Below, piece after piece: positions 33,075-42,371 of a stretch of 64,000 nucleotides of DNA; position 1 is the first letter of the stretch; each line of letters begins with the position of its first letter. Position numbers and translations under genes: made by a program. Source of the DNA: a virus (taxonomy: Duplodnaviria; Caudoviricetes); IMG/VR virus record IMGVR_UViG_2593339225_000003, positions 48,887 to 112,886 of that record. One strand, written 5' to 3'. Below the pieces are notes generated by a model, which had not been told where the DNA came from, did no database searches, and saw only the letters and a program-made list of their open reading frames with translations.

Positions 33075-33640
33075 TTAGGATTAAGGGCGACGAAATCACT
33101 TTGTCGAGATTTCCCGACGGAACTCTGCGCCTGATACCAAATCTTCCCAATATTTCGTTAGAAGAATCATCATAAGCGTATGCTCTCATTGCTTGGAACT
33201 ACGAGAGCGATGAGGAAATGGCGGCAATCCTATTCTTGACTAAGCACCTTAAAAATCTTGGATATAATGTCAGTTTGGATATGCCGTATATCCCAAATGC
33301 TCGGCAGGATAGAGTAAAAGGAGAAAATGACGTATTCACACTCAAATATTTCGCGGAGTTCATCAACTCTCTTGATTTCGATAGAGTATTTGTGTTAGAC
33401 CCTCGTTCTAATGTTAGCGCGGCACTGATTGATAAAATCATCGTAGAATCTCCCGAATATTATTGTGATAAGGCAATACAGAAAATATATTATGAAATTG
33501 AGTTTAGTCCGCTGATGGCTTTTTATCCCGATGAGGGCGCAACGAAACGATACTCCGAGAGCTACGGCTTGGAATGTGCATACGCCGCGAAAAATCGCGA
33601 CTAGCAGACTGGCAAAATCCTCGGATTATCGGTTTCTCAT
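33071..33640 (+). pseudogene. Ribose-phosphate pyrophosphokinase-like, disrupted and truncated
   Basis: FPDG, MPYIPNARQDR, YPDEGA, KNRD*QTGKI, with internal stops and no C-terminal PRPP-binding domain. Confidence 0.75.
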
Positions 33641-33797
33641 ATGCTGTTCTGAATAAGTATATCCGCACAGGAGTATGTGCAGACAGTATTATAAGAGAGC
33701 GAATTGTCGCTATGCACGAAAAGAATATATTTAAGCTGTTACCAATGCCGACATTTCCTTATAATGGGAAAATAACGGTTTATGTGGAGTAATTAAT

Positions 33798-34451
33798 ATG
33801 AAATTTCTTAACAGAATTTTAAAAAAAGAGGTATATAATATGAAATTTAATGTAATCAACAATTCGTCCAACGTCAATGTTGAGGTTAAAGATAATTTGG
33901 ACGGTTCTGTTGCAATTATCGTAGATGTTAAGCCAAATGGCAAACCGCTTTCAGAGTATAAGCCTGGTGAAACCGCAACTATTGGCGAACGTGAATACAT
34001 CGTCCTCGGTCACGCAAACGAAACAACTGCGCTTGTTACAAAGGATATTGCGAAAACAATGGAGTTTGGTACTTCCGGCGACTATCGCAAGAGTTATGTG
34101 CGTGATTATTGCAACGGCGAATTTTATAGGGGACTTGTAAAAGCTGTGGGAGCAGACAATATCATTCCCCATACGGTCAATCTTATGTGTGATGATGGTT
34201 CAAATAAGGGCATTGTATGTAAGGATAATGTATCAATTCTTACTATGGCTAATTATCGCCGCTATCGTGAGCAGCTTCCCGCGATTGGCAAGACGTTCTG
34301 GACAGCAACAGACGTAACTGTTCTCGATAAGGATTACGCTCGCAGCGTTTGCTGCGTCCGTTCCAGCGGTGTTCCGAGCTGGTGTGGCTGTGGCTGGACT
34401 TGCGGTGTGCGCCCGTTTTGTATCTTGAAATCTTCTGTCTTGGTATCTTGA
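33798..34451 (+). CDS. DGR target protein (small, CLec-fold-like C-terminus ending GVRPF)
   Basis: 3' end carries the VR. Start may be 33840. Confidence 0.85.
   Translation: MKFLNRILKKEVYNMKFNVINNSSNVNVEVKDNLDGSVAIIVDVKPNGKPLSEYKPGETATIGEREYIVLGHANETTALVTKDIAKTMEFGTSGDYRKSYVRDYCNGEFYRGLVKAVGADNIIPHTVNLMCDDGSNKGIVCKDNVSILTMANYRRYREQLPAIGKTFWTATDVTVLDKDYARSVCCVRSSGVPSWCGCGWTCGVRPFCILKSSVLVS
34338..34417 (+). repeat. DGR variable repeat (VR)
   Basis: 80-nt match to the TR with 10 mismatches, all at TR adenines. Confidence 0.95.
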
Positions 34452-34467
34452 CATCTTGAACTCTTAA

Positions 34468-34830
34468 ATGGACGAATCACAATTTGAGATAGGAAATAAG
34501 GCGGAAAAGTTGTATTTTGCGGTGTTTGATGCTACAACCAACCGCCATCATTATCCTGTTAGATTTCGCAGGTTGTCGGACAAGTTGCAAGAATACGCTC
34601 TTGATATATATAGTAATTTAATTGATGCTAATTCATTCAAGGCGGATACTCTGCAACACCGAACAACAAAATATGATTTACAAACTAAAGCAATTACGAC
34701 TTGTAACAAATTTTTAAGTTTAACAAGATATAGTTTGCACGCAAAACTAATAAGTTTTGCAATAAGCGAGGAATGGACACGATTAGCACACGATGTTAAA
34801 TTTATGTCGCTCGCTTGGAGAAAAACATAA
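34468..34830 (+). CDS. avd: DGR accessory protein Avd (four-helix bundle)
   Basis: 120-aa helical ORF between VR and TR, YP..R..L, C-terminal AW. Confidence 0.8.
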   Translation: MDESQFEIGNKAEKLYFAVFDATTNRHHYPVRFRRLSDKLQEYALDIYSNLIDANSFKADTLQHRTTKYDLQTKAITTCNKFLSLTRYSLHAKLISFAISEEWTRLAHDVKFMSLAWRKT

Positions 34831-34857
34831 ATTAATACATATAGGTTATGCGCTGTT

Positions 34858-34937
34858 GCTCGCAACGTTTGCTACGTCAATTCCAACGGTGTTCCGAACT
34901 GGAATGACTGTGGCTGGACTTACGGTGTGCGCCCGTT
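34858..34937 (+). repeat. DGR template repeat (TR)
   Basis: AAC/AAT/TAC-rich copy of the VR upstream of the RT. Confidence 0.95.
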
Positions 34938-35054
34938 CTGGTGGATTAGTGAGGACTATAAATCGCAACAACAGCGATTACAAGGAGTACGCCACATCAT
35001 CAAAAGAGCGCATAACCTTTCTCACGGAGGTTGGGATAAATACAAAAGATTATT

Positions 35055-36476
35055 ATGGATGATTTTCAAACACTTACTGATTTTGGGAATCTCTATAATT
35101 CTTACCTTGTTTCGTTAAAAGGCAAAGGTAAGATAAAGAGTGCGGCGAGATTTAATATTATGGCACTCGAAAACCTTTATGTAATGAAGCAACGTCTTTT
35201 AAACCATACATATCGAATTTCGCCGTATTCAGAGTTTGTAGTTAAAGAACCAAAAGAAAGAATTATAAAATCTGGTTCATTTCGCGATAAGGTATTACAA
35301 CATTGTTTATGCGATTATGTGTTGATACCAAAACTTAATAATGAATTTATACTTGATAATTATGCCGGACAGATTGGCAAAGGTACTTTGTTTGGTTTGG
35401 ATAGATTATCGAAGCATCTATTAGATTTCTATTCCGAACGCGGTTGTAATGGTTATATTTTAAAATGTGATATAACTAAATTCTTTTATTCAATTAACCA
35501 TAATGTAATGAAGAAATTGATTAAAGAATTATTTACTGATGAGGATATTCAATGGATTTGTAATTCATTTATTGACAGTGTGGATGGTGATGGTCTACCT
35601 CTCGGAAATCAAAGTAGTCAAGTTTTCGCACTTATATATCTTAACGGTCTTGACCATTACATAACCAAGGAATTAGGTTGCAAGTATTATGGTCGATATA
35701 TGGACGATTTTTATTTACTTTCTGATGATAGAGAATATCTCAAAGAATGTTTGGCTAAAATTAAAAAATATTTGGCTAATCTCAAATTAACATTGAATAA
35801 CAAAACCGAGATTGTTTCAATGAGTAAGGGAATACGATTTCTCGGATTTCATACATATCTTACCGAGGAGGGCAAGATTATCCGCAAACTTAACAGTGAT
35901 AACAAAAGACATATTAAAAAGCGTTTGAGAAAATATGCAAAGTTAGTTTTTGATGGCAGAATGGAGAGAAAACGCTTTAATGAGATATATCAATCGTGGC
36001 GAAATCACGCTTCTCACGGTAATTGTTTTAAACTGATTTATGAAATGGATTTATTTATGGATGAATTAATGAATGAGCAGAAAACAGAATTAAGAATAAT
36101 TATTGCCGGAAGTAGAGATTTCAATGATTACGAATTTCTAAAGAAACAACTGTCTAAATTTATCAAAGACCACCAGAATAGGAGATTTACTATTGTTAGT
36201 GGTGCAGCCCGTGGAGCAGACCAACTCGGAGAGAAATACGCAAGAGAGAAATGTATTCAATTAAAGCGTTTTCCTGCGGACTGGAATAACCTTGGACGGA
36301 GTGCAGGATATATTCGCAATACTCAAATGCTGGATTATATCAAGCAAAATGATTGTGAGGGATATGTATTGGCATTTTGGGATGGTCAGAGCAAGGGAAC
36401 ACGGCATATGATTAAAACCGCCAAAAAAGCGGGAGTGACCGTTGAAATAAAATTTTTCAAAAAAAAATTAATGTAA
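35055..36476 (+). CDS. DGR reverse transcriptase fused to a C-terminal SLOG-family domain
   Basis: KCDITKFF, GLPLGNQSSQ, RYMDDF, FLGF, followed in frame by IIIAGSRDF..SGAARGAD..PADW..RN..FWDGQSKGT. Confidence 0.9.
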   Translation: MDDFQTLTDFGNLYNSYLVSLKGKGKIKSAARFNIMALENLYVMKQRLLNHTYRISPYSEFVVKEPKERIIKSGSFRDKVLQHCLCDYVLIPKLNNEFILDNYAGQIGKGTLFGLDRLSKHLLDFYSERGCNGYILKCDITKFFYSINHNVMKKLIKELFTDEDIQWICNSFIDSVDGDGLPLGNQSSQVFALIYLNGLDHYITKELGCKYYGRYMDDFYLLSDDREYLKECLAKIKKYLANLKLTLNNKTEIVSMSKGIRFLGFHTYLTEEGKIIRKLNSDNKRHIKKRLRKYAKLVFDGRMERKRFNEIYQSWRNHASHGNCFKLIYEMDLFMDELMNEQKTELRIIIAGSRDFNDYEFLKKQLSKFIKDHQNRRFTIVSGAARGADQLGEKYAREKCIQLKRFPADWNNLGRSAGYIRNTQMLDYIKQNDCEGYVLAFWDGQSKGTRHMIKTAKKAGVTVEIKFFKKKLM

Positions 36477-36491
36477 ATAGCAAAAAACATA

Positions 36492-36520
36492 TTGACAAAA
36501 TTTTAGAGTTGTGGTATAAT
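36492..36520 (+). promoter_or_regulatory. Sigma-A promoter of the tRNA/ncRNA island
   Basis: TTGACA-17-TATAAT with extended TG. Confidence 0.85.
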
Positions 36521-36595
36521 TCTAAATGTAGTCAAGAGAAGCCGATGTGGGTCGGCAATTCTTAAAATCTTTAATGTAAATAGCACAAAAAATAT

Positions 36596-36905
36596 AAATC
36601 GAGTAGTGAGTATAGAGCCATATGAAGTGCGCCGCGACGTACAACCGTTAGCTGAATCCGTACAAATTCGCTATCGGGCGGCAGAGATTAGGAGCCTTGT
36701 GTAGTTTGGTTTAGCATCGCGCGATAGTTAGCGCGGAAAGCAGGTTCGATTCCTGCTGGTTCTGGCTGAAAAGAAAATCTCTTAAAAGCACAGATTATGA
36801 AAAAGTAGTGACAGGAAAATGAGAATAGAAGAAAACCGTTGATGATACTACGCGCGGGTTGAATCAACCTCTACTCCCATAGGTGAGAGTCCTATGGCTC
36901 GATTT
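36596..36905 (+). ncRNA. Candidate ~310-nt structured RNA with tRNA-like parts
   Basis: AAATCGAG/CTCGATTT closing stem, 3' CATAGG-TGAGAGT-CCTATG arm, internal GCAGGTTCGATTCCTGC. Confidence 0.55.
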
Positions 36906-36909
36906 TCAA

Positions 36910-36983
36910 TGGGCTATGGTGTAGCGGTAACACAGCGGACTTTGACTCTGCCATCTCTGGTTCAAATCCAGATAGCCCAGCCA
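36910..36983 (+). tRNA. tRNA-Gln(UUG)
   Basis: GCGGA-CTTTGAC-TCTGC arm, CCA end. Confidence 0.9.
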
Positions 36984-37334
36984 GAGGTCGAACTGCCTTT
37001 AGCCAAAAGAGTTTGTTTTCATACTTTTGTTTATCGGAAGTAAGGTTTGCGCGTTTTACTTAATAAGAGCGTGGAGTACGGTTTCAATTTAAGCCGAGGG
37101 AAGTTTATTCATTCTGACCTATGGAAAGCGAATGGGTAAGGCAGGATTCGTGCCTTGTATATCGGAGATTACAAGTAATCATATTCCGGGTTGGCTGCGA
37201 GATATTGATTACACAGATTAGGATGACAACCTACTTTCAACCGCAAAAGATAACAATAGTCAATAAATTTAATGGCTCGCGGCTCGCAAAGAGCGACCAC
37301 ATATTATGACTTTGGCGGAAGTCGCGGGTTATAT

Positions 37335-37430
37335 GGCGCGGTAATCCTAATTGGTAAGGAGTTGTCCTGCTAAGACAATAGTAGCCGGGTTTATCTCGGT
37401 GTGTGAGTTCAAGTCTCACCCGCGCCGCCA
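37335..37430 (+). tRNA. tRNA-Ser(GCU)
   Basis: TTGTC-CTGCTAA-GACAA arm, long variable arm, GCCA end. Confidence 0.9.
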
Positions 37431-37598
37431 ATGGTTCTCGTTGACCCAGAATAACGAGCGATGCCCAATGAGAAGCGGGCGTGAAGTCTGTCAGTCAGAC
37501 AATGCTGAGATAGCGGCTGCGTGTTAAAATGCTTGGATTTTGCGGTTTTTCGCAGAGGATTTCGCGTGAAGAAATGGAGTAAGAAAAACCGTATATAT

Positions 37599-37998
37599 GG
37601 GGCTGAAATAGATTCGACAGGGCGCAGAAAACATATAACTTCGCAGGAATGTAACATCCTTAAAGTACATCTTAAAAATAAACGACACTACTGTTGTTAC
37701 GCTTCATCCCGCGCTTTTAGCAGTTCTCGGTCAGAGAGCCGTAGCGTGAGATTCCGATAAGCACCTGCTATTCGGTCTAACTTATCGGACGGAAATAGAA
37801 TAGCAAACAACGGTTTCTTGCCTCCGTAAAAGGTAAGTGTTGGAGTGGGTGTAATTCCTTACATCTCCATTCGTTTCCCGCGAATTAAAACAATGTTGTG
37901 GTTTGCAGATTGCCACGGAGCAAAATCGGCTATTGCGTGAAAAGAGTTAGTGTGGGTATGTGTTTTGGACACGGGTTCGATTCCCGTCAGTTCCACCA
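37599..37998 (+). ncRNA. ssrA: tmRNA
   Basis: 5' GGGGCTGAAATAGATTCGAC, 3' GGGTTCGATTCCCGTCAGTTCCACCA. Likely tag (A)DTTVVTLHPALLAVLGQRAVA*. Confidence 0.9.
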
Positions 37999-38004
37999 GT
38001 TATA

Positions 38005-38442
38005 GGGTTAGGCAATTTGTTAGTGTGCTTTCCTAATTTGGCATATTACTGTAATGCCAAAGGGAAATGAGGGTTTTGCCAATGCCGGATAGAAAGAGGT
38101 TGATTCCGGCTATGTTTCTAAAGGATGCGGTGCGGAATAGCAGGACTGATATAAGTGATGGAGAAGAAATTCAGAGAAGTTGCTATATGTCGAGGATAAG
38201 TAGTCCATCCTGTTCCTTTTGAAACGAGAATCGACTAAGGGCATCAGGGACTCCCCCGATTGCACGTATTTCGTGCATTACGAAGGCAATAAAGTTAGTA
38301 ATAACGTGAGCAACTATGGTGAGGGAAGGGAGTCGCTGGACAGTGGGAAAGTCCAGGTTTTGAAGAAAGATGAACCAAATCCACATCTATAAAAAGGATT
38401 GGTGGTAGTGGAATCTTTGTATTCACCCGATGAACCTAACTC
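38005..38442 (+). ncRNA. Candidate ~440-nt structured RNA
   Basis: GGGTTAGG/CCTAACTC closing stem, several strong internal hairpins, no sense-strand ORF. Confidence 0.5.
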
Positions 38443-38515
38443 ACATCGTTAAAAAGAGTTGGTGGTGGGTGTGTTGTTTTTACGACTCCGGACAGCCCGG
38501 AAAGACGGGCAATTT

Positions 38516-38590
38516 GCAGATATGATGTAGCTGGTAGCATATCAGCCTTCCAAGCTGAATGGGCGAGTTCAAATCTCGTTATCTGCTCCA
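38516..38590 (+). tRNA. tRNA-Gly(UCC)
   Basis: TCAGC-CTTCCAA-GCTGA arm, TCCA end. Confidence 0.9.
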
Positions 38591-38767
38591 ATGCTGATTG
38601 AGCTGGTGAAAGACCTCCCCAACTATAAGGGGTGAACTGTTCGGCTCGTATAATTAGCAGCATAGTTGGTAGCACTACGGTCAAGAAGCTATCCGCGATT
38701 GGTGGTTGACGTAGGGATTTGACAACCAATAACCATCTGACACCTCGGAAAGACGAGGCATATATGT

Positions 38768-38843
38768 GGCGGGTTAGTCAAGAGGTTAAGATACGCGGCT
38801 TTCAATCGCGTGACGCTGGGTTCAATTCCCGCACCCGCTACCA
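38768..38843 (+). tRNA. tRNA-Glu(UUC), second copy
   Basis: CGCGG-CTTTCAA-TCGCG arm, CCA end. Confidence 0.85.
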
Positions 38844-38932
38844 TAAGTTCATTTTGAACTTCTTCTCATTAGATAGTTTATTCTTGGATTCGGAATAAAT
38901 TCATCTTGGCGGCTCGGAAAGACGAGCAACCT

Positions 38933-39006
38933 GCGGATATGATGTAATGGTAGCATATCAGATTCCCAATCTGATTGTGAGGGTTCAAATCCCTTTATTC
39001 GCTCCA
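38933..39006 (+). tRNA. tRNA-Gly(CCC)
   Basis: TCAGA-TTCCCAA-TCTGA arm, TCCA end. Confidence 0.85.
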
Positions 39007-39024
39007 TATAGGTTGGTGCTGAAA

Positions 39025-39387
39025 ATGATTGAAATAATAATTACATTTGTTGTTCCTATATTACTGAATTTAATAATCATTATTAGTGCAATAATCCAAA
39101 ATGAAAAAGAGAAACAATGTCACGAACACTTACTTCATAGTATTCCACATACTCCTGTTATGGATAAAACTGTGAATGGCGATAGCGATATAAATGAGTT
39201 GTTAGAAACTTGTCTCAAATTGGGTTGTAACGGATTTACTATGAATGAAATGAGAGAGATGCTTAATATAGAGAAAGTTACAAATGATAATATTAGCAAG
39301 CCAAAACATTATCCAACAAATTGTGTGAACTGTGGCGCAGTATTACACGGAAATCAATGCGAATATTGCGGAACGGAATACAATTAA
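39025..39387 (+). CDS. Small membrane-anchored Zn-ribbon protein
   Basis: N-terminal TM segment, C-terminal CVNCG..CEYCG. The longer ORF start overlaps a tRNA. Confidence 0.6.
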   Translation: MIEIIITFVVPILLNLIIIISAIIQNEKEKQCHEHLLHSIPHTPVMDKTVNGDSDINELLETCLKLGCNGFTMNEMREMLNIEKVTNDNISKPKHYPTNCVNCGAVLHGNQCEYCGTEYN

Positions 39388-39391
39388 ATAT

Positions 39392-39466
39392 GTGGTTGTT
39401 GGTGTAACGGTAGCACGGTAGCTTGTGACGCTATTAGCGTAGGTTCGACCCCTACACTTCCACCCA
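39392..39466 (+). tRNA. tRNA-His(GUG) with a mismatched acceptor stem
   Basis: GTAGC-TTGTGAC-GCTAT arm, G-1:C73, two U-U mismatches in the acceptor. Confidence 0.7.
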
Positions 39467-39468
39467 TA

Positions 39469-39543
39469 TGGCGAGATAGTTTAATGGGTAAAGAACACCA
39501 CCGGAAGGGTGGAGGCGCAAGTTCGACACTTGCCTCGCCAACA
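39469..39543 (+). tRNA. tRNA-like gene with a non-canonical anticodon loop
   Basis: Good acceptor, D and T arms, but CCACC-GGAAG-GGTGG (5-nt loop). Confidence 0.5.
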
Positions 39544-39636
39544 TAAAATTTGTGTGGTGCGTTGCCGAAAAATCGGAGGAAAGCACGATGACCGCGTGGA
39601 AAGTCGCGTTGACACTTTGGAAAGACAAAGGTATAC

Positions 39637-39711
39637 GCCGATGTAGCTCAGTCAGGTAGAGCAGCGGACGGATAATCCGCGGTGTCGGTGGTTCGATTCC
39701 ACCCATCGGTT
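39637..39711 (+). tRNA. tRNA-Ile(GAU)-like with G33, no encoded CCA
   Basis: GCGGA-CGGATAA-TCCGC arm, canonical D and T arms. Confidence 0.6.
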
Positions 39712-39849
39712 GGGCTTTAGAAGGTCATACGCCCAACTCACAAGACCTCTCACAGTGATTCGCGACATTGTGGATGCGAAACAAGTGTAATACAACTTGG
39801 TTGAGTGCCAAAAAGTGTTGGGCACCTCGGAAAGACGAGGAGTATACTT

Positions 39850-39925
39850 GTGCGTATAGCAAAATTGGTAATGCACTTGACTTTTAATCAAGAGATTGTC
39901 AGTTCGAGCCTGACTACGCACACCA
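39850..39925 (+). tRNA. tRNA-Lys(UUU)
   Basis: CTTGA-CTTTTAA-TCAAG arm, CCA end. Confidence 0.9.
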
Positions 39926-39927
39926 TA

Positions 39928-40096
39928 GACGGCTATTTGTAATCTTCCTTCTATCATTGGACTGTAAATCCGATACCACTCATAGATTGCAAAATTCCCG
40001 TTACCTTTTTAGCGGCTATGTAGAAACTTCCTTCTTCCGTCTCACATACAGAGGTGGATTTCGACCATATGAAATTATAGTTTTTGCAATTCCCGC
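39928..40096 (+). ncRNA. Two CGGCTA/TCCTTCT structured RNA units (39928-40002, 40012-40096)
   Basis: Conserved scaffold with covarying stems TTTGTAATCT/AGATTGCAAA and TGTAGAAACT/AGTTTTTGCA. Confidence 0.8.
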
Positions 40097-40127
40097 GAAA
40101 TTAAAAAACAAAAAAGGAGAAAAAGAA

Positions 40128-42362
40128 ATGAATGTATTAAATGAAATTTTGTTGAGAAGAAAAAATCAGCTCATTCTCGAAAATGTAAACCCGGATTATG
40201 GACAGACCGACAGTGAAAAGGCAATGGTCGGCGCAATCCTCAAAAATGTTCAGTCACTTGGATTTACGTTTGCCCGCGATGTGCTTGAAATTCTGTTTCA
40301 CTATAACCGCGCGGAGTTAGAGTCATTCTATCGTGACCTCATTCCCGAGTTGAAGAAACTTGTCGGCGCAGACGTTCAGTACAATCCTATGTACCCGAAC
40401 TTCCCGCAGCAGGTAATGGAAGCAAGCGATGCGGAACTGTTCATTAACGCCATTATTCATTATTGGTCGTTTGGAACGCTTCTCCCGCAGTACGAGAAGC
40501 AGGAAAGACTGCCTTTAATTGATGACAATAAAATGACGGTTTTATCGACAGGAAATTGCAAGAACGTAGGCGAAATCTTGCAAAATTTGCTTAAATCTCC
40601 TACAAATCTGTCTGAAAATGACAGAAATGACATAGCAACTTGCATAAAAAATATGCCAAATTATGCAGAATTTTTGCCGGACGAGATTCCGCTCAAAGAA
40701 AACGTTGCTTTCTTGGGAAAACTCATTATTGAGCAAACTCCGATTAAAACCAGCCGAAATATCGAAAAATATTTCAAAACTGCGACAGATGTTCTTCGTT
40801 TGGTCACTGCATTGTCTGACGGCGACATCAGCCTTGCGACAAAGACTCAGTACAGAAACCTTCGTCGAGCAGAACGCAGGATTATAATGAACTTACTTGC
40901 AAATTGCGGAAATATCTTGGAGGATTTGTACTGCTATAAGTATGAGTGGTTGTACATTGGCAAAATGCTCCACGTTGGCGAGTATTGGTATATGAAGAAG
41001 TACAACAACGTCAGAGGTGCTTTCTATACCTTCCGCAACGAGAAGAAGCCTATGTTTATGGCTGGCAAGGTTCAGGCAGCTATTCTCAAAAACGATATGC
41101 TTGAGGCGGCAAATATGCTGAAATCAAGACCCGGCGATTTTGCAAGACAGCTTGACAAGTTGCTCAGAGATAGCGATGAAAAGCACATTGCATATATCAC
41201 GGCTGCGTTTGCGGAAGTCGCGGAGAAAGTTTCAACTCCTGTTCTGTTGCAGGTCAGAGAACACTTTATCGAGCGCAAGGGCGAGAAAATGCCTATAAGA
41301 GTGTTCTTCCCGAAGGGCAATGTTGCAAAAGCTATGGTTATCCCGAATGACCTGCCGGCAATTTCTGTCACCGCTTGTCAGCAAATTGTTGATACTTGCA
41401 ACAAGGCTTTGGTCGCGCAGTTCAAGACGAAAGAGCCTATGGGTAAGGTTTATATCAATCCCGATTTCAAGAACTATCTCGTGCCGTTCAGCCAGAGAAG
41501 CGCAAGTTCCGCGAATAAAATCGTTGTGCGCGGAAGTAAGTTGCCCATCAATCCAAAGGCAAAAGCTGTTCGCGGATTTATTTGGTGGACAAATATGGGT
41601 AGCAATGATATGTACGATGGCAGAGTTGACATTGACCTTTCAGCGGCAATCTATGATGAGAATTGGAACTACGTTGAACACGTTTCCTATACTAATCTCC
41701 GCTCTAAGAAGTACAACGCTTGTCATTCCGGCGACATCACGAACGGCGGGTCTGTAAACGGCGACGGCGTGGCTGAGTTCCTTGATGTGGATATTGATTC
41801 CGTTGCAAGAAATGCAGGAAGATATATCGTCTATCAGGTTTACAGTTTCACAAGGCAGAAGTTCTCTGAAATGCCCAACTGCCGATTCGGTTGGATGGAG
41901 CGTGAGGACGTTGATAGTGGTGAAATCTTTGAACCAAAGACGGTTGAGATGAAGATTGACCTCACTTCCGAGAGTGACGTTGCAATTCCCGTTATCTTCG
42001 ACTGCGTGGAGCGCAAATTCATTTGGTGTGATATGAACCTCCGCATTGCACAGACGAGATTGGGCGGCAATAACCTTGAAAGCAATCTCAAAGGTACAAC
42101 TGCTACTTGCTATGCGCTCACTCATTTCAACAAGCCCAATCTGTATGAGTTGGTTTACCTCAATGCTTTTGCAAGAGGTGAGATAACCACCGACAGAAAC
42201 GCGGCGGATATTATCTTCGACAATGATAAGACGATTCCTTATGAGGTTGTCGAAACCGTTGACGAGGTTACGGGATTACCTTCTCGCACACTCCGCGACA
42301 AAACGGAAGTTCCGATTATAGACAGCTATAACTTCGATTTTCTTGTCGGAGAGCTGTTATAA
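40128..42362 (+). CDS. 744-aa protein with a large helical N-terminal region (possibly TROVE/ROT-like) and a C-terminal TerD-like domain
   Basis: AGGAG RBS before MNVLNE. TerD-type DIDLSA..HSGDIT..EFLDVD..VYSF motifs. Confidence 0.8.
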   Translation: MNVLNEILLRRKNQLILENVNPDYGQTDSEKAMVGAILKNVQSLGFTFARDVLEILFHYNRAELESFYRDLIPELKKLVGADVQYNPMYPNFPQQVMEASDAELFINAIIHYWSFGTLLPQYEKQERLPLIDDNKMTVLSTGNCKNVGEILQNLLKSPTNLSENDRNDIATCIKNMPNYAEFLPDEIPLKENVAFLGKLIIEQTPIKTSRNIEKYFKTATDVLRLVTALSDGDISLATKTQYRNLRRAERRIIMNLLANCGNILEDLYCYKYEWLYIGKMLHVGEYWYMKKYNNVRGAFYTFRNEKKPMFMAGKVQAAILKNDMLEAANMLKSRPGDFARQLDKLLRDSDEKHIAYITAAFAEVAEKVSTPVLLQVREHFIERKGEKMPIRVFFPKGNVAKAMVIPNDLPAISVTACQQIVDTCNKALVAQFKTKEPMGKVYINPDFKNYLVPFSQRSASSANKIVVRGSKLPINPKAKAVRGFIWWTNMGSNDMYDGRVDIDLSAAIYDENWNYVEHVSYTNLRSKKYNACHSGDITNGGSVNGDGVAEFLDVDIDSVARNAGRYIVYQVYSFTRQKFSEMPNCRFGWMEREDVDSGEIFEPKTVEMKIDLTSESDVAIPVIFDCVERKFIWCDMNLRIAQTRLGGNNLESNLKGTTATCYALTHFNKPNLYELVYLNAFARGEITTDRNAADIIFDNDKTIPYEVVETVDEVTGLPSRTLRDKTEVPIIDSYNFDFLVGELL

Positions 42363-42371
42363 TACAATTTG

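Noticed and set aside
35055-36476. RT as a group II intron or retron
   Set aside because: The TR/VR pair with adenine-specific mismatches, the Avd gene and the GNxxSQ motif identify a DGR.
37121-39957. Short ORFs called across the tRNA/tmRNA island (also 42880-43083, 43509-43691, 45979-46306)
   Set aside because: They are shadows of RNA genes with no RBS or protein-like composition. Only 39025-39387 is retained.
39957-40127. 57-aa N-terminal extension of the TerD-domain ORF
   Set aside because: It overlaps two RNA units, and a good RBS precedes the ATG at 40128.
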